NCBI GenBank assembly: GCA_904063045.1
Contig: CAJFCJ010000067.1
Span: forward strand, 22,391-86,390
Length of the DNA: 64,000 bases
Reading direction: 5' to 3'
Source: Dimorphilus gyrociliatus
Lineage: Eukaryota; Animalia; Annelida
Numbering within the stretch: position 1 is the first letter of the stretch; each line of letters begins with the position of its first letter. Below, one piece after another: positions 45,618 to 58,389 of the stretch. Both the position numbers and the translations under genes were made by a program. The notes beneath the pieces are model-generated. The model worked only from the letters and a program-made list of their open reading frames with translations. It was not told the origin of the DNA and did not search any database.

Positions 45618-48600
45618 TTTGAAGAGTTGGTTGGCAAACTGGATGATAGCATGGGTATTTATAGAAAAACAGTGTAATTTATGGGAATAGATTGTAAAGA
45701 TTGTTACAGTAATTAACATTGTTAGTATATATCATCACTTAAAATATGTTGAGATAGGGGCAAATAAAGTGATATAGGGGAATCATTATTTATTATCAAT
45801 AATTCAAAATAACCATAAATATGTTTAATTTTTTTTATTCTTTTGAGTAGAAATAAAAAAATAAAGCATGTAATTTGCAATGCAATTTGCTTTTTAGAAA
45901 AAAAATTAATGTAAGTTAAAAAACTTTTTGTTTTCATTTGCATAACTTTTGAGCACAGGTGTACAATTGTTGGTTACTATTGTAGTTTGTTGTATTGTAG
46001 CTCATGAGAATCAAATTTTTCCTCTCCAATCATTCACCAATTTGCCAAAGTACTGTTCAGCATAGAACCTTTTAAGTTCATCTACAATTAGTCTCAATAA
46101 TGAAATTCCATGAGAAATTTACCAACAAAACAGCAGTATTTCTTTCAAAGAATGCTTATTCAGAAACTGACTTTCTAGTTCCAAAGAAGCAGGTTTTAAC
46201 AACAAACTGGCTCACTTGATCATCTAAAATAGTATTGTGAAAATAATTTAAAGATATCATAGATTTTTGTGTTTTTATTTTTTTAAATATTTTTTAATAT
46301 AAACTTTGAGCACATGTGTACATTTGTTACTAATTAATGTACTTTGTTGTACAGTAATTTGTACACATACAGTGGTGAAAGAAATTTTTCATTCGAAGGA
46401 ATATTTTTTTGTAAAGGCTATTTTGAAGGGTAATCAATAGCCTTGTTTTAAAAAAATATTGACTGAAATGTAGGACATTTTGTCTAGTTTTATGAATATT
46501 TTTCAGATACTCTCTACCTCTCCTAGTTTACAAAATTATTTTTATATTTTTGTGAGTATTTATAATTCTGTACAGAAATTTTTTGGAAAAGGCAAGCAAA
46601 TTTTTTGTACACCCCCTATATCTTATTTATTTATTAATTTTTTAATTAAATGTACATTTATAAATGTTAGTGCTTTAGCTTTGAACCATTTTGTTGAATA
46701 CAAGTTAATCCTGAATCTAACAGGGACTTATGAAGGGTGATTAAATCCTTCTTTTGTCTTTTATTCAAAATTTCCAACTTTTGTTGAATACAGTGCCACA
46801 AATTATCCTTTTAGTAAATTGGGGGCTCTCATATACAAGATTCTTCAACATGTGCCATGCATTCTCTATGGGGGAAAGATCTGGGGAGTAAGCTGGCCAA
46901 GGTAATACTTTCAGTCTTAAAATATTTTTGGATAATTTTGGCTTTGTGGCAAGGAACATTATCCTGTTGGAAGATGAAACTCTTCCCATATCTTTTTTTC
47001 AGGAATGGCATGACCGCTTTTTTCGTTGGCCTATAACAGTTTGAAGCTATTAATTAGCTATTTCCAAGTGCAAAATACTTGACATTTGACCAATAGGAGA
47101 CAAGGTGGAAATGTTAAAATTGAGTATGGATCAACTAAAATATAATCCTGTATATATCAAAGTATTTTCCTAATGGGGTAAATCCCATTCTCTCTCTCTC
47201 TCGTAATTAGAAAATACAGGATGAGGGAGTATGGTTTTTGGTGCAAGTTGTAATTGGGACGTTTTCCACCAACCGCAAAACATATCTTTTCCTAACAATA
47301 GACAATGGAAAAGGTCATACAGCAAACAAGTAATCACTGTTGAAATGTTTTCAATGATTTTTCATCATCATTTAATTTGTTGGCAAACTTATTTCCTTAA
47401 TTTCAGATTAATGCATTAACAATGAAATGAATGACGGCAAAGGATTTAATCTTGATATGAATTGCCATCATCAATATGAGTATTCTCTCATGTAAATGCC
47501 TTTTCAATTTTTGGTGACGTGTGACGTATGAAGACAAGTAGTCTTTATTGTTTATGTCTCCTTTCCAGAACAAAATCCAAGTTTTACTTGGAAACGTTCT
47601 TGAATCATAATCCACCAATGGTTGCAAACAAAGAGCAATCTCTGTAGGTAATAATGTCAAGTGTCTCGAGTTGGTTAATGGCAAAGTATTGAGGCAAAAT
47701 TGAAAGAGTTATTAGTTAATGCAATATATTGAATATGATAATTAGAATTATCATATTGTAGAGTTCAAATCCACTTGTTCTGAGCGTCTTTTCTTTCTCA
47801 CACTCTAACGCTTACAAGACCAAATACAATGATATTCCTATGCGTGTTTACCGCTTTTCTAATTGGATGCAATGGCTATTTCGAACGATAGGTTAACGCG
47901 TTTGAAGAACAGAATAAAAATGGCTATAGTGTTCCCAGCCATCACCAACAGTTTAACCAAGAACGTCAAGATCATATTAAACTTTTTTGAGTATTGCTAA
48001 CATTGCAGATATTGAATTAGTGTTTGATACAAATATTTTTCGAACAATACATTTTGAAAAAGTTCGAATTTTGAAATTAAGAAATGAAAATAAAACTTTA
48101 AAATTAGTAGTTCAAAACAATGACACTACTCTCGACGAATACAACCACGAATATATTAAAGGATGGAACGAAGTTCACTTTACAAATCCTTCACCTTCGG
48201 TCAAGATGTTTCTCTATTTGACTGGATCGCCTTATAATAATCTGGAAATTGGAGAGATACAAATACTGGCTACAATAAAAGCTTATTCGTCGTGCGTCGA
48301 ATGGTATAAAGACGCAAAACCAACTTTTCCAGAATTTATATATGCTGAAGATATGTTTAGGTTTTTGTACGAAGATGTTGCAGAATTGGAATCTGGATCT
48401 GTCTGTACAGCGTCTATATCACATATACACCAGCAACTACGAATATAATAGAGAATCAACTGGTTTCTCTTTTCTTTCTAGCCAGAGATTCGTATGTGTT
48501 GGGAGAGAGATTAATCAAATACAATGTCTATCTTCGCTATCAGAAGATCTTTATAAAATGTACAATGGGCAAAAGTGATAACGTCTTAGCAACTTTATAT

Positions 48601-48775
48601 CATTAAAATAACATGAACTATACATTCTTGAACGATAATTCTCAATGCTTTCAAAGCTTATTTTATACATCTAACTTTCCACCAAATTCCAGCTTTAAAA
48701 TTATGTTTATTTGCTAGTCTGAGTCTGCTAGCATGATAAAATTTTCTTTTGTCTGCCAGTATTTCCAATTCATAC

Positions 48776-49410
48776 TGTACTGCTCTTGCTGGCAAAATCT
48801 ATGCGTTTGCAAGTTATAACAATACTGGTTCTACTCGAACCTTTAAACAAATGTTTAAATTAAAATGGTTTATTCGCAATAATAATACTTAAGCAAGTAA
48901 CAATATGAGAGTTCGATAGCAGAGTAGATAGTTTGTAAAAGCAGGTTGCCAAATTACCAAACTGTCTTCTAATGTTGAGGAGTAGATGGATGGTTCCAGT
49001 GGAGGTTGTTTCCAGATGATTTTCCCAGGTCCTTGGGTCCAGATGGAAGCTGCATGCCAAATGAGAATAATGAGAATTTATATACTTTGAGGTTTGTCTC
49101 TGACATCCAATCATCACTTTACAGTTGCCGAAATGTGTAGTTCATATTTATCTTTAGTAACAGGATGTTACAAGGTTCAACATTTAGGAAGGTTAATTGA
49201 ATTATAACTTGGCCACACCCTAGGCAAGTTAATTAAATTATAACCTGGCCAAACCTTTATTGGTAATTAAAGATGAGCCTTCAAGCTGACTAATCAGACT
49301 TATGTTTGGCCAATGTTATAGCATTTTCTTGCGTAGGTTTTAAGATGTACATGTATATGTTGCATAAAATAATAGAGTTCAAGCATGTAAAATATAACCA
49401 AAGTTGTACA
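48776..49410 (-). repeat. G2 LTR at a contig end
   Basis: 635-bp copy ending at the N gap. Confidence 0.95.
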
Positions 49411-50092
49411 NNNNNNNNNNNNNNNNNNNNNNNNNNNNNNNNNNNNNNNNNNNNNNNNNNNNNNNNNNNNNNNNNNNNNNNNNNNNNNNNNNNNNNNNNN
49501 NNNNNNNNNNNNNNNNNNNNNNNNNNNNNNNNNNNNNNNNNNNNNNNNNNNNNNNNNNNNNNNNNNNNNNNNNNNNNNNNNNNNNNNNNNNNNNNNNNNN
49601 NNNNNNNNNNNNNNNNNNNNNNNNNNNNNNNNNNNNNNNNNNNNNNNNNNNNNNNNNNNNNNNNNNNNNNNNNNNNNNNNNNNNNNNNNNNNNNNNNNNN
49701 NNNNNNNNNNNNNNNNNNNNNNNNNNNNNNNNNNNNNNNNNNNNNNNNNNNNNNNNNNNNNNNNNNNNNNNNNNNNNNNNNNNNNNNNNNNNNNNNNNNN
49801 NNNNNNNNNNNNNNNNNNNNNNNNNNNNNNNNNNNNNNNNNNNNNNNNNNNNNNNNNNNNNNNNNNNNNNNNNNNNNNNNNNNNNNNNNNNNNNNNNNNN
49901 NNNNNNNNNNNNNNNNNNNNNNNNNNNNNNNNNNNNNNNNNNNNNNNNNNNNNNNNNNNNNNNNNNNNNNNNNNNNNNNNNNNNNNNNNNNNNNNNNNNN
50001 NNNNNNNNNNNNNNNNNNNNNNNNNNNNNNNNNNNNNNNNNNNNNNNNNNNNNNNNNNNNNNNNNNNNNNNNNNNNNNNNNNNNNNNNNNNN
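49411..50092. other. Assembly gap (682 N)
   Basis: N run; similar in size to the ~0.7 kb of env 3' end and PPT missing relative to 59868-60565. Confidence 1.
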
Positions 50093-51565
50093 ATGAGTAA
50101 CTGGTTCTACTTGGAAAAGCAGGTTGTTCATGTGACAAGTAAAATTGAGAACATTTGTTATTCTTTTTATCATGCTTAAGTCACAAACACTTCTGTTGAG
50201 GCTATTGGTGAACATTGTTTAATTATAGCTATTCTCCATCTGATACTGTGCATTCCAACTCATTTGTTAACACTGTGTCATTGAGGATCAAATTTGCTAG
50301 TAATGCATCATTCTGCTTCTTTGAACAAATTGATTGCAGAGAAGACTTGACAGCTGTTGGGAAACTTTTTTTAATTCTTAAATTTGAATCAATACATGTA
50401 GTAGGTAGATGTTTGGGCAGCTCTCTCATTTCCATGGGAATTTGTGGTATGGGTTTTTCTTTCTTAGTTTAGTTTTGTTCCTTCTTCATCTGCTTTTTAG
50501 CATTCTCATGTGTAGAGTAAAATAATTCCTTCATAGGTAATCTTAATTCTCTGGCTGGTGGTCCTTTATACCATATGCCCAATGTTGGTAATACCTTCTT
50601 TTTGATTCTTTTCTCACTGTATACATATTTTGAAATCGTGACAGATTGTCTTGTTGCCCTTGTCCAATTGACTGCTTGCAGCATTTCTTGGATATAATAG
50701 TTATCCAGCTCCCAGTAAGATGGACTAATGGGTTGTTGTAGATGATATATCACAACTTCCTTGAGTGTGCCTTTTATTTCTCATTAGTTTATACTTTGTG
50801 TTTGTTTCTCTGTACATTGGTTAAGACTTGGTAAGGGGTTGTTTCGCTTGTATAGTATAATTTGTTCTTTAACTTTATTGGGATAGTTTAATAGTCGTTT
50901 TTCTTCATTTTTTGCCAATCTCTGATATTGTAGCAAATTGTATAGGTGTTCCTTGCTTGTTTCCTGTATTAAACTCTGTTCCTCCAGTGGTACTAGTACT
51001 TTTGTTCCAGGACCACCAATTCCATCAATAAACTTATCTTGATAAGGGATGTCCAGAATAGAATACCCTGGACAAGAATAGTGACCAGCAAATTTGATAC
51101 AACTAATTCTGTTGCTAATTTTTATCCATGGTGATTGTTGCCCAAGTGTGTAATTATTCTTGAGGTTCCTAAAGACAATAATTGCCTCTTCTGTTTCACA
51201 ATAGGACTGCCCTGGTAAACAATCTTCCAGGTAGTCCAGATTAGTTGTAATTTTCATATTAGGAGGTTGCCAATATGCTTTGCCAAACTGGATAATTGTG
51301 GTGTATTCCAGCACCTTGGTCGTTGTTGGCCATGTGTAGGCAGCAGGAAACTGATCTTGGTGGATCCAAGTGTTTCTTTTCACCATTAAAGGTTTTCCTT
51401 GAAAAGATCGTTTGTCTTTTATCATCTGTCTGCATTGATCATGAGTTACTTTGATAACTGAGTTAACAATCCTCCTCTTCTTTGCTCCAAAGAAATAGTA
51501 AGTGTAAAAATTAGTTCTTAGATACACTTGACATTTTACTGCTCTTGTTTCAATTTCTTCCAAGT

Positions 51566-54034
51566 TCAATTCATAGATATCAGCTGTAATTGTCTTGGTT
51601 CTTGTGATTCTATATTACAAGTTGGCTCATCTGCTAGATCAAATGCCTGGCTTGGTAGTTGGTTAGAACAAAAGTATAATGGTGGTTTAAATGTTAAGGT
51701 AATGTTTGCACTTGTAACATGGGCACCTTGGTAGGATGGTTTTGGGACTGTTATTGAGTGGATGCAGCCACAGATCACCATTACAGTCATCACTAGTGGA
51801 AGCCACAACATCTGTTTCATGTTAGCTCTTCCTGTGTTGGCTATAGTTGAATGGTTGAAAATTTTGTGTTGTTGTTCCACTCTGATAGTTATTCCATCTT
51901 CTAACTCTATATATTGTGGTTCCACTTCTTGTTGGGAATCTAATTGTTCAGAGATGATTTTAGTCTCATCTAAAAATATGACTGACTCATTGTCTGTGTC
52001 ACTTGTATTTTCTTTCTCATCTTGGGATGAATCTACCACTATGAGGGACTCATTATCCGAATGGGTTATGTCAATAATTTCACCTTCAATAATTATTGAC
52101 TCATTATCCGAATGGGTTATATCAATAATTTCGCTTTCAATAATTATTGACTCATCGTCTGAACTAGGTATTTCATCTTCTCTATCAGAGATAATGTTTG
52201 CCTCTGAATCTGTATTTTGATCCAGTTCATTATTTGTTTCTGTGTCATCACTTTCAGATGAGCTTGAAGGTTCATTGAGACTGTAATTACTGTCTGTTTT
52301 GAAAGTATTGCTTGTGTCATAACCAGTATCAGAATTAGTAACTTCCATCTCTGAGTCATCACTATCTGAACTTTCTGATGAAGAGTCATGCTGTCCCATC
52401 ATGGCTATAGTGACTTTGTTTAGTTGAGGTTGCCTTATTCTTTCAGCCAGGTTCCCTTTCCTTCTATCAAATTTGAGAGAACACTGTTTAGCTTCAAAAT
52501 TGAGGTTTGCTCCCACAGTTTGTAGGAAATCACAACCAAGTATTATTGCTATGTCTAGATTTTCCATAACTATAAATTCTTGTTCCATACTTTCTCCAGC
52601 AAATTGGATATTCAGCTTTACGCTTCCTTTTTGCTTTAAAGCTTTCCCATCAGCTGAAGTTATAATTGGTAAGCCAATTGTTTCTTTATCCATAATTGTA
52701 ACATCCATTAACTTGATTTCTTTTTCAGTAATAAAGGATCTCAATGCTCCTGTGTCACACAGGGCAATGACTTCTTGGCCTTTTTGATTCTTCAAACGGA
52801 ATTGGAAGTCATTTCTTCCTTCTACCTGAGAAAGATATTGGAGGTGTGTTATTTCCTTCTCCACAAGGTGAAAGATTGTTGTTGCTTCTTTCCCTGTTTC
52901 CAACTTATTAGATTCATTGGCTAGTCTTAATCTGCTACCATGTACCAACTTGCATGTATTATCATCCATTTGTATTTCATATATCCACTTTTGATGATTG
53001 ACTTTTGTTATTCGGTATGGGCCTAACCATTTTAAAGAAGGGATTTTTGTTATTGCAATTCTTGCAGCATCATTTCTTAAGAATACTTCATCATCAACCT
53101 CAAAATATTTTGGAAGATTGAGATTTCTATTCTTTCTTTCCCTATATTGTTCTTTTGCCATGATGGATTTACAGAAGGCTGTAGCTCTTAACTGTACTAA
53201 TTGCTGCTGGTGATTGAATACAAATAGTACATTTGTTTCAGGAGAGGTAGTATGCATTGTTACATCAATCAGTGTTCTTGTGCTGGTGCCAAAAAGAAGT
53301 TCCTGGGGTGGTAGTCTTGTACTTCCTACAGGTGATTGATTCAAAAATGCTTGAATCAAGGGTAGGTTTGCAACCCAGTTATGCTGATTTTCTTCCACCA
53401 CTAATTTATTGATTTCCTTCCTCACTTCTCTATTTCTTCGTTCAACTAGTCCATTGCTCTGGCTTCTATAAGCTGTTGTTTGGATTTTCTCAATACCTAA
53501 TACCTTCATAAACTCTTTAAAAGCTTTACCAACAAAGTTTCTTCCTTGATCTGTCAACATTTGTTTTGGAATTCCAAAAATGGGAAAAAATCTGTTGAAA
53601 AGAAGGTTTGCAATTTCTTTACTGGTTTGCTGTTTGAGTGCATATAAAACTGTGTATCTACTGAAATGATCCACTATCACAAGTATGAATCTGTATGACT
53701 TAACCATGGGTAAGGGTCCCATTATATCCATGGCTACCAACTCCATTGGTGATGCAGGGTGAAAGGTTTCTACCAAAGGGTATACTCTACTCCTACCATT
53801 CATTTGTTCACACAAAGTGCAATCCTTTATTGAATTCTCAATCATAATCTTTAATTTTGGGTGCCAAAAGGTCTTTGTAATTATTTGTAATGTCATTCTG
53901 GGTCCATGGTGATTGTGAATTTTATTTTTATGGAATTTAGGGAGCAGAGTTAGCATCAAATGGTCAGGTAAAACCAGAATGTTTCTTTCTTCAAGGATAA
54001 TCCAGATCATTTCCTTGTGAACAAACATCTCCAT
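51566..54034 (-). CDS. Integrase-second aspartic protease-acidic spacer-env N-terminus fusion ORF (822 aa)
   Basis: One uninterrupted frame from the integrase Zn finger through ALCDTGA...ILGCDFL, the S/D/E spacer and the hydrophobic MKQMLWLPLVMTVMVICGCIHS. Confidence 0.9.
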   Translation of the reverse strand: MEMFVHKEMIWIILEERNILVLPDHLMLTLLPKFHKNKIHNHHGPRMTLQIITKTFWHPKLKIMIENSIKDCTLCEQMNGRSRVYPLVETFHPASPMELVAMDIMGPLPMVKSYRFILVIVDHFSRYTVLYALKQQTSKEIANLLFNRFFPIFGIPKQMLTDQGRNFVGKAFKEFMKVLGIEKIQTTAYRSQSNGLVERRNREVRKEINKLVVEENQHNWVANLPLIQAFLNQSPVGSTRLPPQELLFGTSTRTLIDVTMHTTSPETNVLFVFNHQQQLVQLRATAFCKSIMAKEQYRERKNRNLNLPKYFEVDDEVFLRNDAARIAITKIPSLKWLGPYRITKVNHQKWIYEIQMDDNTCKLVHGSRLRLANESNKLETGKEATTIFHLVEKEITHLQYLSQVEGRNDFQFRLKNQKGQEVIALCDTGALRSFITEKEIKLMDVTIMDKETIGLPIITSADGKALKQKGSVKLNIQFAGESMEQEFIVMENLDIAIILGCDFLQTVGANLNFEAKQCSLKFDRRKGNLAERIRQPQLNKVTIAMMGQHDSSSESSDSDDSEMEVTNSDTGYDTSNTFKTDSNYSLNEPSSSSESDDTETNNELDQNTDSEANIISDREDEIPSSDDESIIIESEIIDITHSDNESIIIEGEIIDITHSDNESLIVVDSSQDEKENTSDTDNESVIFLDETKIISEQLDSQQEVEPQYIELEDGITIRVEQQHKIFNHSTIANTGRANMKQMLWLPLVMTVMVICGCIHSITVPKPSYQGAHVTSANITLTFKPPLYFCSNQLPSQAFDLADEPTCNIESQEPRQLQLISMN

Positions 54035-55708
54035 TATGAAAGGTGTAAAAGTTCCAAATAAGGAATAGGTAGCTGACCATCCAATGTTAAATATTCTTTA
54101 ATTGATTTTAAATTCACATCTTTTTCTTGCTCTGACTGTAAGTCAACAGAAGACAAATCAATTTTCTCTTCACTGTTATCACTGGTAGCTACAAAAGTTA
54201 ACTCTGGTGTATGTTCATACTGTTCCATTTTAACTGAAATAGAGGGAGAATTCTCCTTTTTGATCTTTCCATGAATTAGCTCTTCAAATGTTACTTTCCT
54301 TGGGGGTGTATATTCTTCTAATCTTGTTAATGCATCTGCTCTATTTTTTCGTCCTGTCACATAGTTAATTGTAAATTTTAAATCCATTAAAGCCATGACC
54401 CATTTTGCTGTGCTGACATTCAATTTGTTTTGCTTAAATGTTTGTACTAGACTCTGATGGTCAGTATATAAAAAGAATGGCTTGTCTTGAAGGTAATGTA
54501 AAAATTTCTTTACAACCCAGTAAACACCAAATGCTTCCTTTGATAGGCTGCATATTTCATTTGATTATTGTTGAATTGTTTTGAAGCGTAGGCAATGGGT
54601 TTCATTGTTTCTTCCCATTCTCATCTACATAAACTTGTTCAAGAACTCCTCCTACAGCTACATTCGATGCATCTGTTGTTAAGTGAAAATCTTTAGCAAA
54701 ATCAGGTAGTTGTAATACAGGAGGGTTAACTACTGCATCTCTCAACTTGAAAAATGATTGCTTGGCTTCCTCAGTCCATTGCAATTTATCCTTTTTCCCA
54801 TGTAGTTTCATTAACATATACAGAGGTTTAGCTACTCTTGCAAAATCTTGTATAAATTTTCTGTAATAGCCACAAAATGCAACAAAGCTTAGTAGTGAAT
54901 TTGCAAACACTGGTGGCTGTAAATTATATAATTTATCTGTCTTGGACTTATCTGTTTCAATCCCCTTTTCTGATACAATGTGTCCCAAGAATTGAACTTG
55001 TTCTTTCAAAAACACACATTTACTTAGTTTAATCTTAAAATTGTACTTTTGAATCTGTTGAAGAATGGTCTCCAATGCTTCCCAATGTTGGTCCAGCGAC
55101 TTGGTAAATATTATTATGTCATCAAGGTAGTTTAGGCACAAATGCTTTACATCCTTTAGCACAAATGAATTCATTACATAACTAAAATGAGGAGGGGCAT
55201 TGGTTAATCCAAAAGGCATCTTAATAAATTCAAACAAGCCAAAAGGTGTAATAAATGCTGTTTTAGACCTATCTTCTTTCTTGATGTTAATGTGGTGGTA
55301 TGCACTTGTCAAATCCATTGTAGAAAAGAATTTATTTCCTCCTCCCAAATGGTCAAAAAGATCATCTTGATTTGGCAGTGGATACTTGTTTTTAACTGTC
55401 ATTTTGTTTAGTTTTCTATAATCTACACACATTCGTAGACTACCTTCCTTCTTTCTTACGAAAACAATTGGTGAAGCCCAATTGCTCTTGCTTGGTTGAA
55501 TAACTTTGCTTTTTACCAATTCAGCTATCTGTTGCTTACATTCTTCTTGTTTTTGAGGAGGCATTCTATATGGCCTTTGTCTATATGGTGTTGAACCTGG
55601 TTCAAGAGTTATTTCCAAGGGTGGTACCTCTGGATTGCCAATATCAAATCTGTCTTCTGCAATAGTTTCTTTATATTTTGCCAGAATTTGGGTAACTTTG
55701 TTCTTCAT
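54034..55708 (-). CDS. G2 reverse transcriptase-RNase H (frameshifted)
   Basis: [55 protein letters not shown]. Confidence 0.9.
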
Positions 55709-55766
55709 CTCGGGATTTTCTTGTTCAATTGTTGTCTGAAGGGTATGTATTTGACTCTCATTCTTT

Positions 55767-57035
55767 TCATAATAAGAGGAACTGGGTAAAACCCTTTGAA
55801 AGATAAGTGTTGTGTTCCAACAGGGTAATTCTTTTCTGTACCTGGCTGGAGTATAATCTGTCTCTTGCCAAAGTCAAGGGTAGCTCCATTTGTTGTAGAA
55901 AGTCACACCCAATAATACATTGTTGTGTAATGATTTTGTTGATCAGAAAGCGTTGTTTAATAATCTTTTCATTAAAATAAAGTCTGAGAATGATTTCTCC
56001 ACATATCTCGATGCTATTTCCTGAAGCATCTCTAGCATTTTTCACAGTTTGTTCTGGGAAGGATGCTTTTCCTTGAACTTGTCTTAATACCTTTTTTGAA
56101 ATGAAAGATCTGTCACTACCAGAGTCTATCAAGGCATCAAACTTAAAACCAGTATTAGTTTCAAATTGTCCAATAAATGTTGAAGCATTTCGCTCAGATT
56201 GTTTGCTTTGTAACAGCTGACAAGTGGATTCGTCACTATCTGAAAAACAGAGAATATCTTGAACTTCGTCGTTTTCTGACATGCTTTCATTGTCTAATGT
56301 TTCTAATTTTTGTAGCTTAGGTTCCTCTTTCAGTATCGTCTTTGCTGGTTGATTTTTCTTATAATACCTATTTGTTGTAGTTGGTGCATACTTTTGGACT
56401 TTTTGGCTTGAAAACTTTTCTTTAGTAGCATTTTTGTTGTCAGGTACATGCTTTCTATTCCAGAAATTTGGGGTTTCTGTAGAAGCATCTTTTCTGATTA
56501 CCTGGGTCTTTTTGGTCTCTTTTCTTTGTTGAGTTTCCAATTTTGACACCATTGTGATTGGTTTTCTTTGAGTTAGTTTTAATGAAGTTTCTGCTTGCTT
56601 AGCAGCCTCATATAGTTCTGCCAATGTTTGACATTTAGGATGTAAGGTGTACACTAAATGTAGAATATCCTGTTGTAATCCTCTTTGTAAAACTTCCATC
56701 AGTTTTATTTCTTTCATAGTTGCAAGCAATTGTGGTTCCATTGGTCTAGGTGGAGAAAACCTCTTTATCAATTTCTTTGCTCTATTAACAAACTGAACCA
56801 CACTTTCGCCATTCATTTGCTTTAAGTTAAGCAATTTCTCCTGATACTCCAAAGGATCTAGATCAAATTCGTCATGGAGGGCTTTCCATATTTCCTCCAC
56901 AGTAGGCTCTCCATCCAGAGCCAACACCAAATCCTTTGCAGGACCAGTTAAATAATCTAAAAGATTTGCTTTCACAACATCTTCTCCTATCCAACCATAA
57001 GCATAACATGCCTGATTAAAGTCTTCTTTGAACAT
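55767..57035 (-). CDS. G2 gag-protease (PR1)
   Basis: YLTGPAKDLV..LHDEF capsid-like region; FDALIDSGSDRSFI...IIGCDFL. Confidence 0.88.
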   Translation of the reverse strand: MFKEDFNQACYAYGWIGEDVVKANLLDYLTGPAKDLVLALDGEPTVEEIWKALHDEFDLDPLEYQEKLLNLKQMNGESVVQFVNRAKKLIKRFSPPRPMEPQLLATMKEIKLMEVLQRGLQQDILHLVYTLHPKCQTLAELYEAAKQAETSLKLTQRKPITMVSKLETQQRKETKKTQVIRKDASTETPNFWNRKHVPDNKNATKEKFSSQKVQKYAPTTTNRYYKKNQPAKTILKEEPKLQKLETLDNESMSENDEVQDILCFSDSDESTCQLLQSKQSERNASTFIGQFETNTGFKFDALIDSGSDRSFISKKVLRQVQGKASFPEQTVKNARDASGNSIEICGEIILRLYFNEKIIKQRFLINKIITQQCIIGCDFLQQMELPLTLARDRLYSSQVQKRITLLEHNTYLSKGFTQFLLL

Positions 57036-57648
57036 TTGACAGCATAAATGCAGAACTTTGTGAAAAAAATAGATTTTTGGACCTGCTGCAATACTTCCAA
57101 ACAAACTGGATCAAAAATAAATTATGGAAACCAAATAACTGGTCAGTTTTTGGTTTGTCTATTAGGACCAATAATGATTGTGAAGGATGGCATCAAAGAA
57201 TGAATAGTAAGCTGCCTGCTAAAGGTTCTTTTTACATGCTGGTTGATGAGCTAAAAAAAGAGTCTGAGTTGATTGCAGTTTATGAGAAATTACTGTCAGA
57301 AAAAAGGATTTACAAACATCAAAAGAAAAAGTATATTGACATCCAAAAGAAAATTTTTGATTTATGGGATGATTTCAAGTTGAACAAATTGACATCAATT
57401 GATCTATTAATGCAGACATCCCATATCTACTCTCCAGCATAAATATCATTTGTCAAGCTTTATTGTTTTTTAGTATAATATTTAGTCTTTTAAATACATA
57501 CTTTTAGATTTATAGCTAAATCTTTTATTCAAAAATTCAAAAATAAAATAAATATAAAAATAGGGTGCGAACGTACCTGGGTACGTTCGCACCCGCCCAG
57601 GGTACGTTCGCACCCGGGTACGTTCACACCCAGGTACGTTCGCACCCC
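57028..57648 (+). mobile_element. MULE 3' fragment with a different TIR repeat (GGTACGTTCGCACCC)
   Basis: YFQTNWI..WSVFGLSIRTNNDCEGWH...HIYSP*; repeats at 57563-57648 include the hairpin GGGTGCGAACGTACC-TG-GGTACGTTCGCACCC. Confidence 0.85.
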
Positions 57649-57967
57649 AACTCGGAGGATTTACTGTTGTCACTGTTGAGAAGATCAATATTTTTAATCA
57701 CAATGTTTTTTGGGTAAAAACTTGTAATTGTAATTGTTTTACCTGAAACAATTGCTACTAGAAATTGCCCAGATGGAACGCTAGAAATATCAAAAGTAAA
57801 AAGTAAAATTCTTCAAAGTAAATTCTTTCCAAAGGGAAAGTTACCTTCAGTTCCTTCATTTTTAAAATGGCTGCCAGTTTATATTTCAACAGTGTTTTTA
57901 TTTTTGTAGGTTCCAATATTATAATTCTAAATAATAAATTAAAAAAACCTAATATTTTTATGGGTAT

Positions 57968-58351
57968 CTTCACAACATCTTCACCAATCCAACCATAAGC
58001 ATAACATGCCTGATTAAAGTCTTCCTTGAATTTTGAACACTCCTTGCTTCCATCATACAACTTGAGAATAGTTCTTTGAGGGCGGTCCCAAGCAGCCCTT
58101 AATGCTTAAATTACTGTTGTGATATCAACATTTGGGTTCTGTGCTGGGTGATGTGTTCCATCTCCATGATCTGTTGGAATTGTGATTCGATTTCTTTTCA
58201 TTTCACTCACCAATCTATCATAGTCTTCAATTAGTCTCTGTTGCCTTTCTGGCATTTCTGCTGGCTGAATTGTAATTGTTGGAGTTGCTGGGGTTGAAGG
58301 GTTAGAGTCTGTAACTGCCCCAGTGGCATTTCCATTTCCTCCTTCTGCCAT
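57968..58351 (-). pseudogene. G2 gag 5' fragment
   Basis: MAEGGNG...TTVI*ALRAAWDRPQRTILKLYDGSKECSKFKEDFNQACYAYGWIGEDVVK; overlaps the gag start at ~57030 with synonymous differences. Confidence 0.8.
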
Positions 58352-58389
58352 ATTTACTTTCTCAAAACTTTTGAATAAACCAAAAGAAT

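Larger units (their letters stand above)
43478..48775. repeat. Right arm of the large inverted duplication
   Basis: Reverse complement of 36013-41310; ends exactly at the LTR at 48776. Confidence 0.97.
50093..57035 (-). mobile_element. G2 env-bearing Gypsy copy A internal region: gag-PR1-RT-RH-IN-PR2-spacer-env
   Basis: gag/PR1 FDALIDSGS; RT YLDD; RH TTDASN; IN HNHH..CTLC, MDIMGP, LTDQG, VERRN, GPY; second protease LCDTGA; env. Frameshifts mostly in short homopolymer runs. Confidence 0.93.

Noticed and set aside
49290-50215. Long poly-X ORFs
   Set aside because: Artefacts of the N gap.
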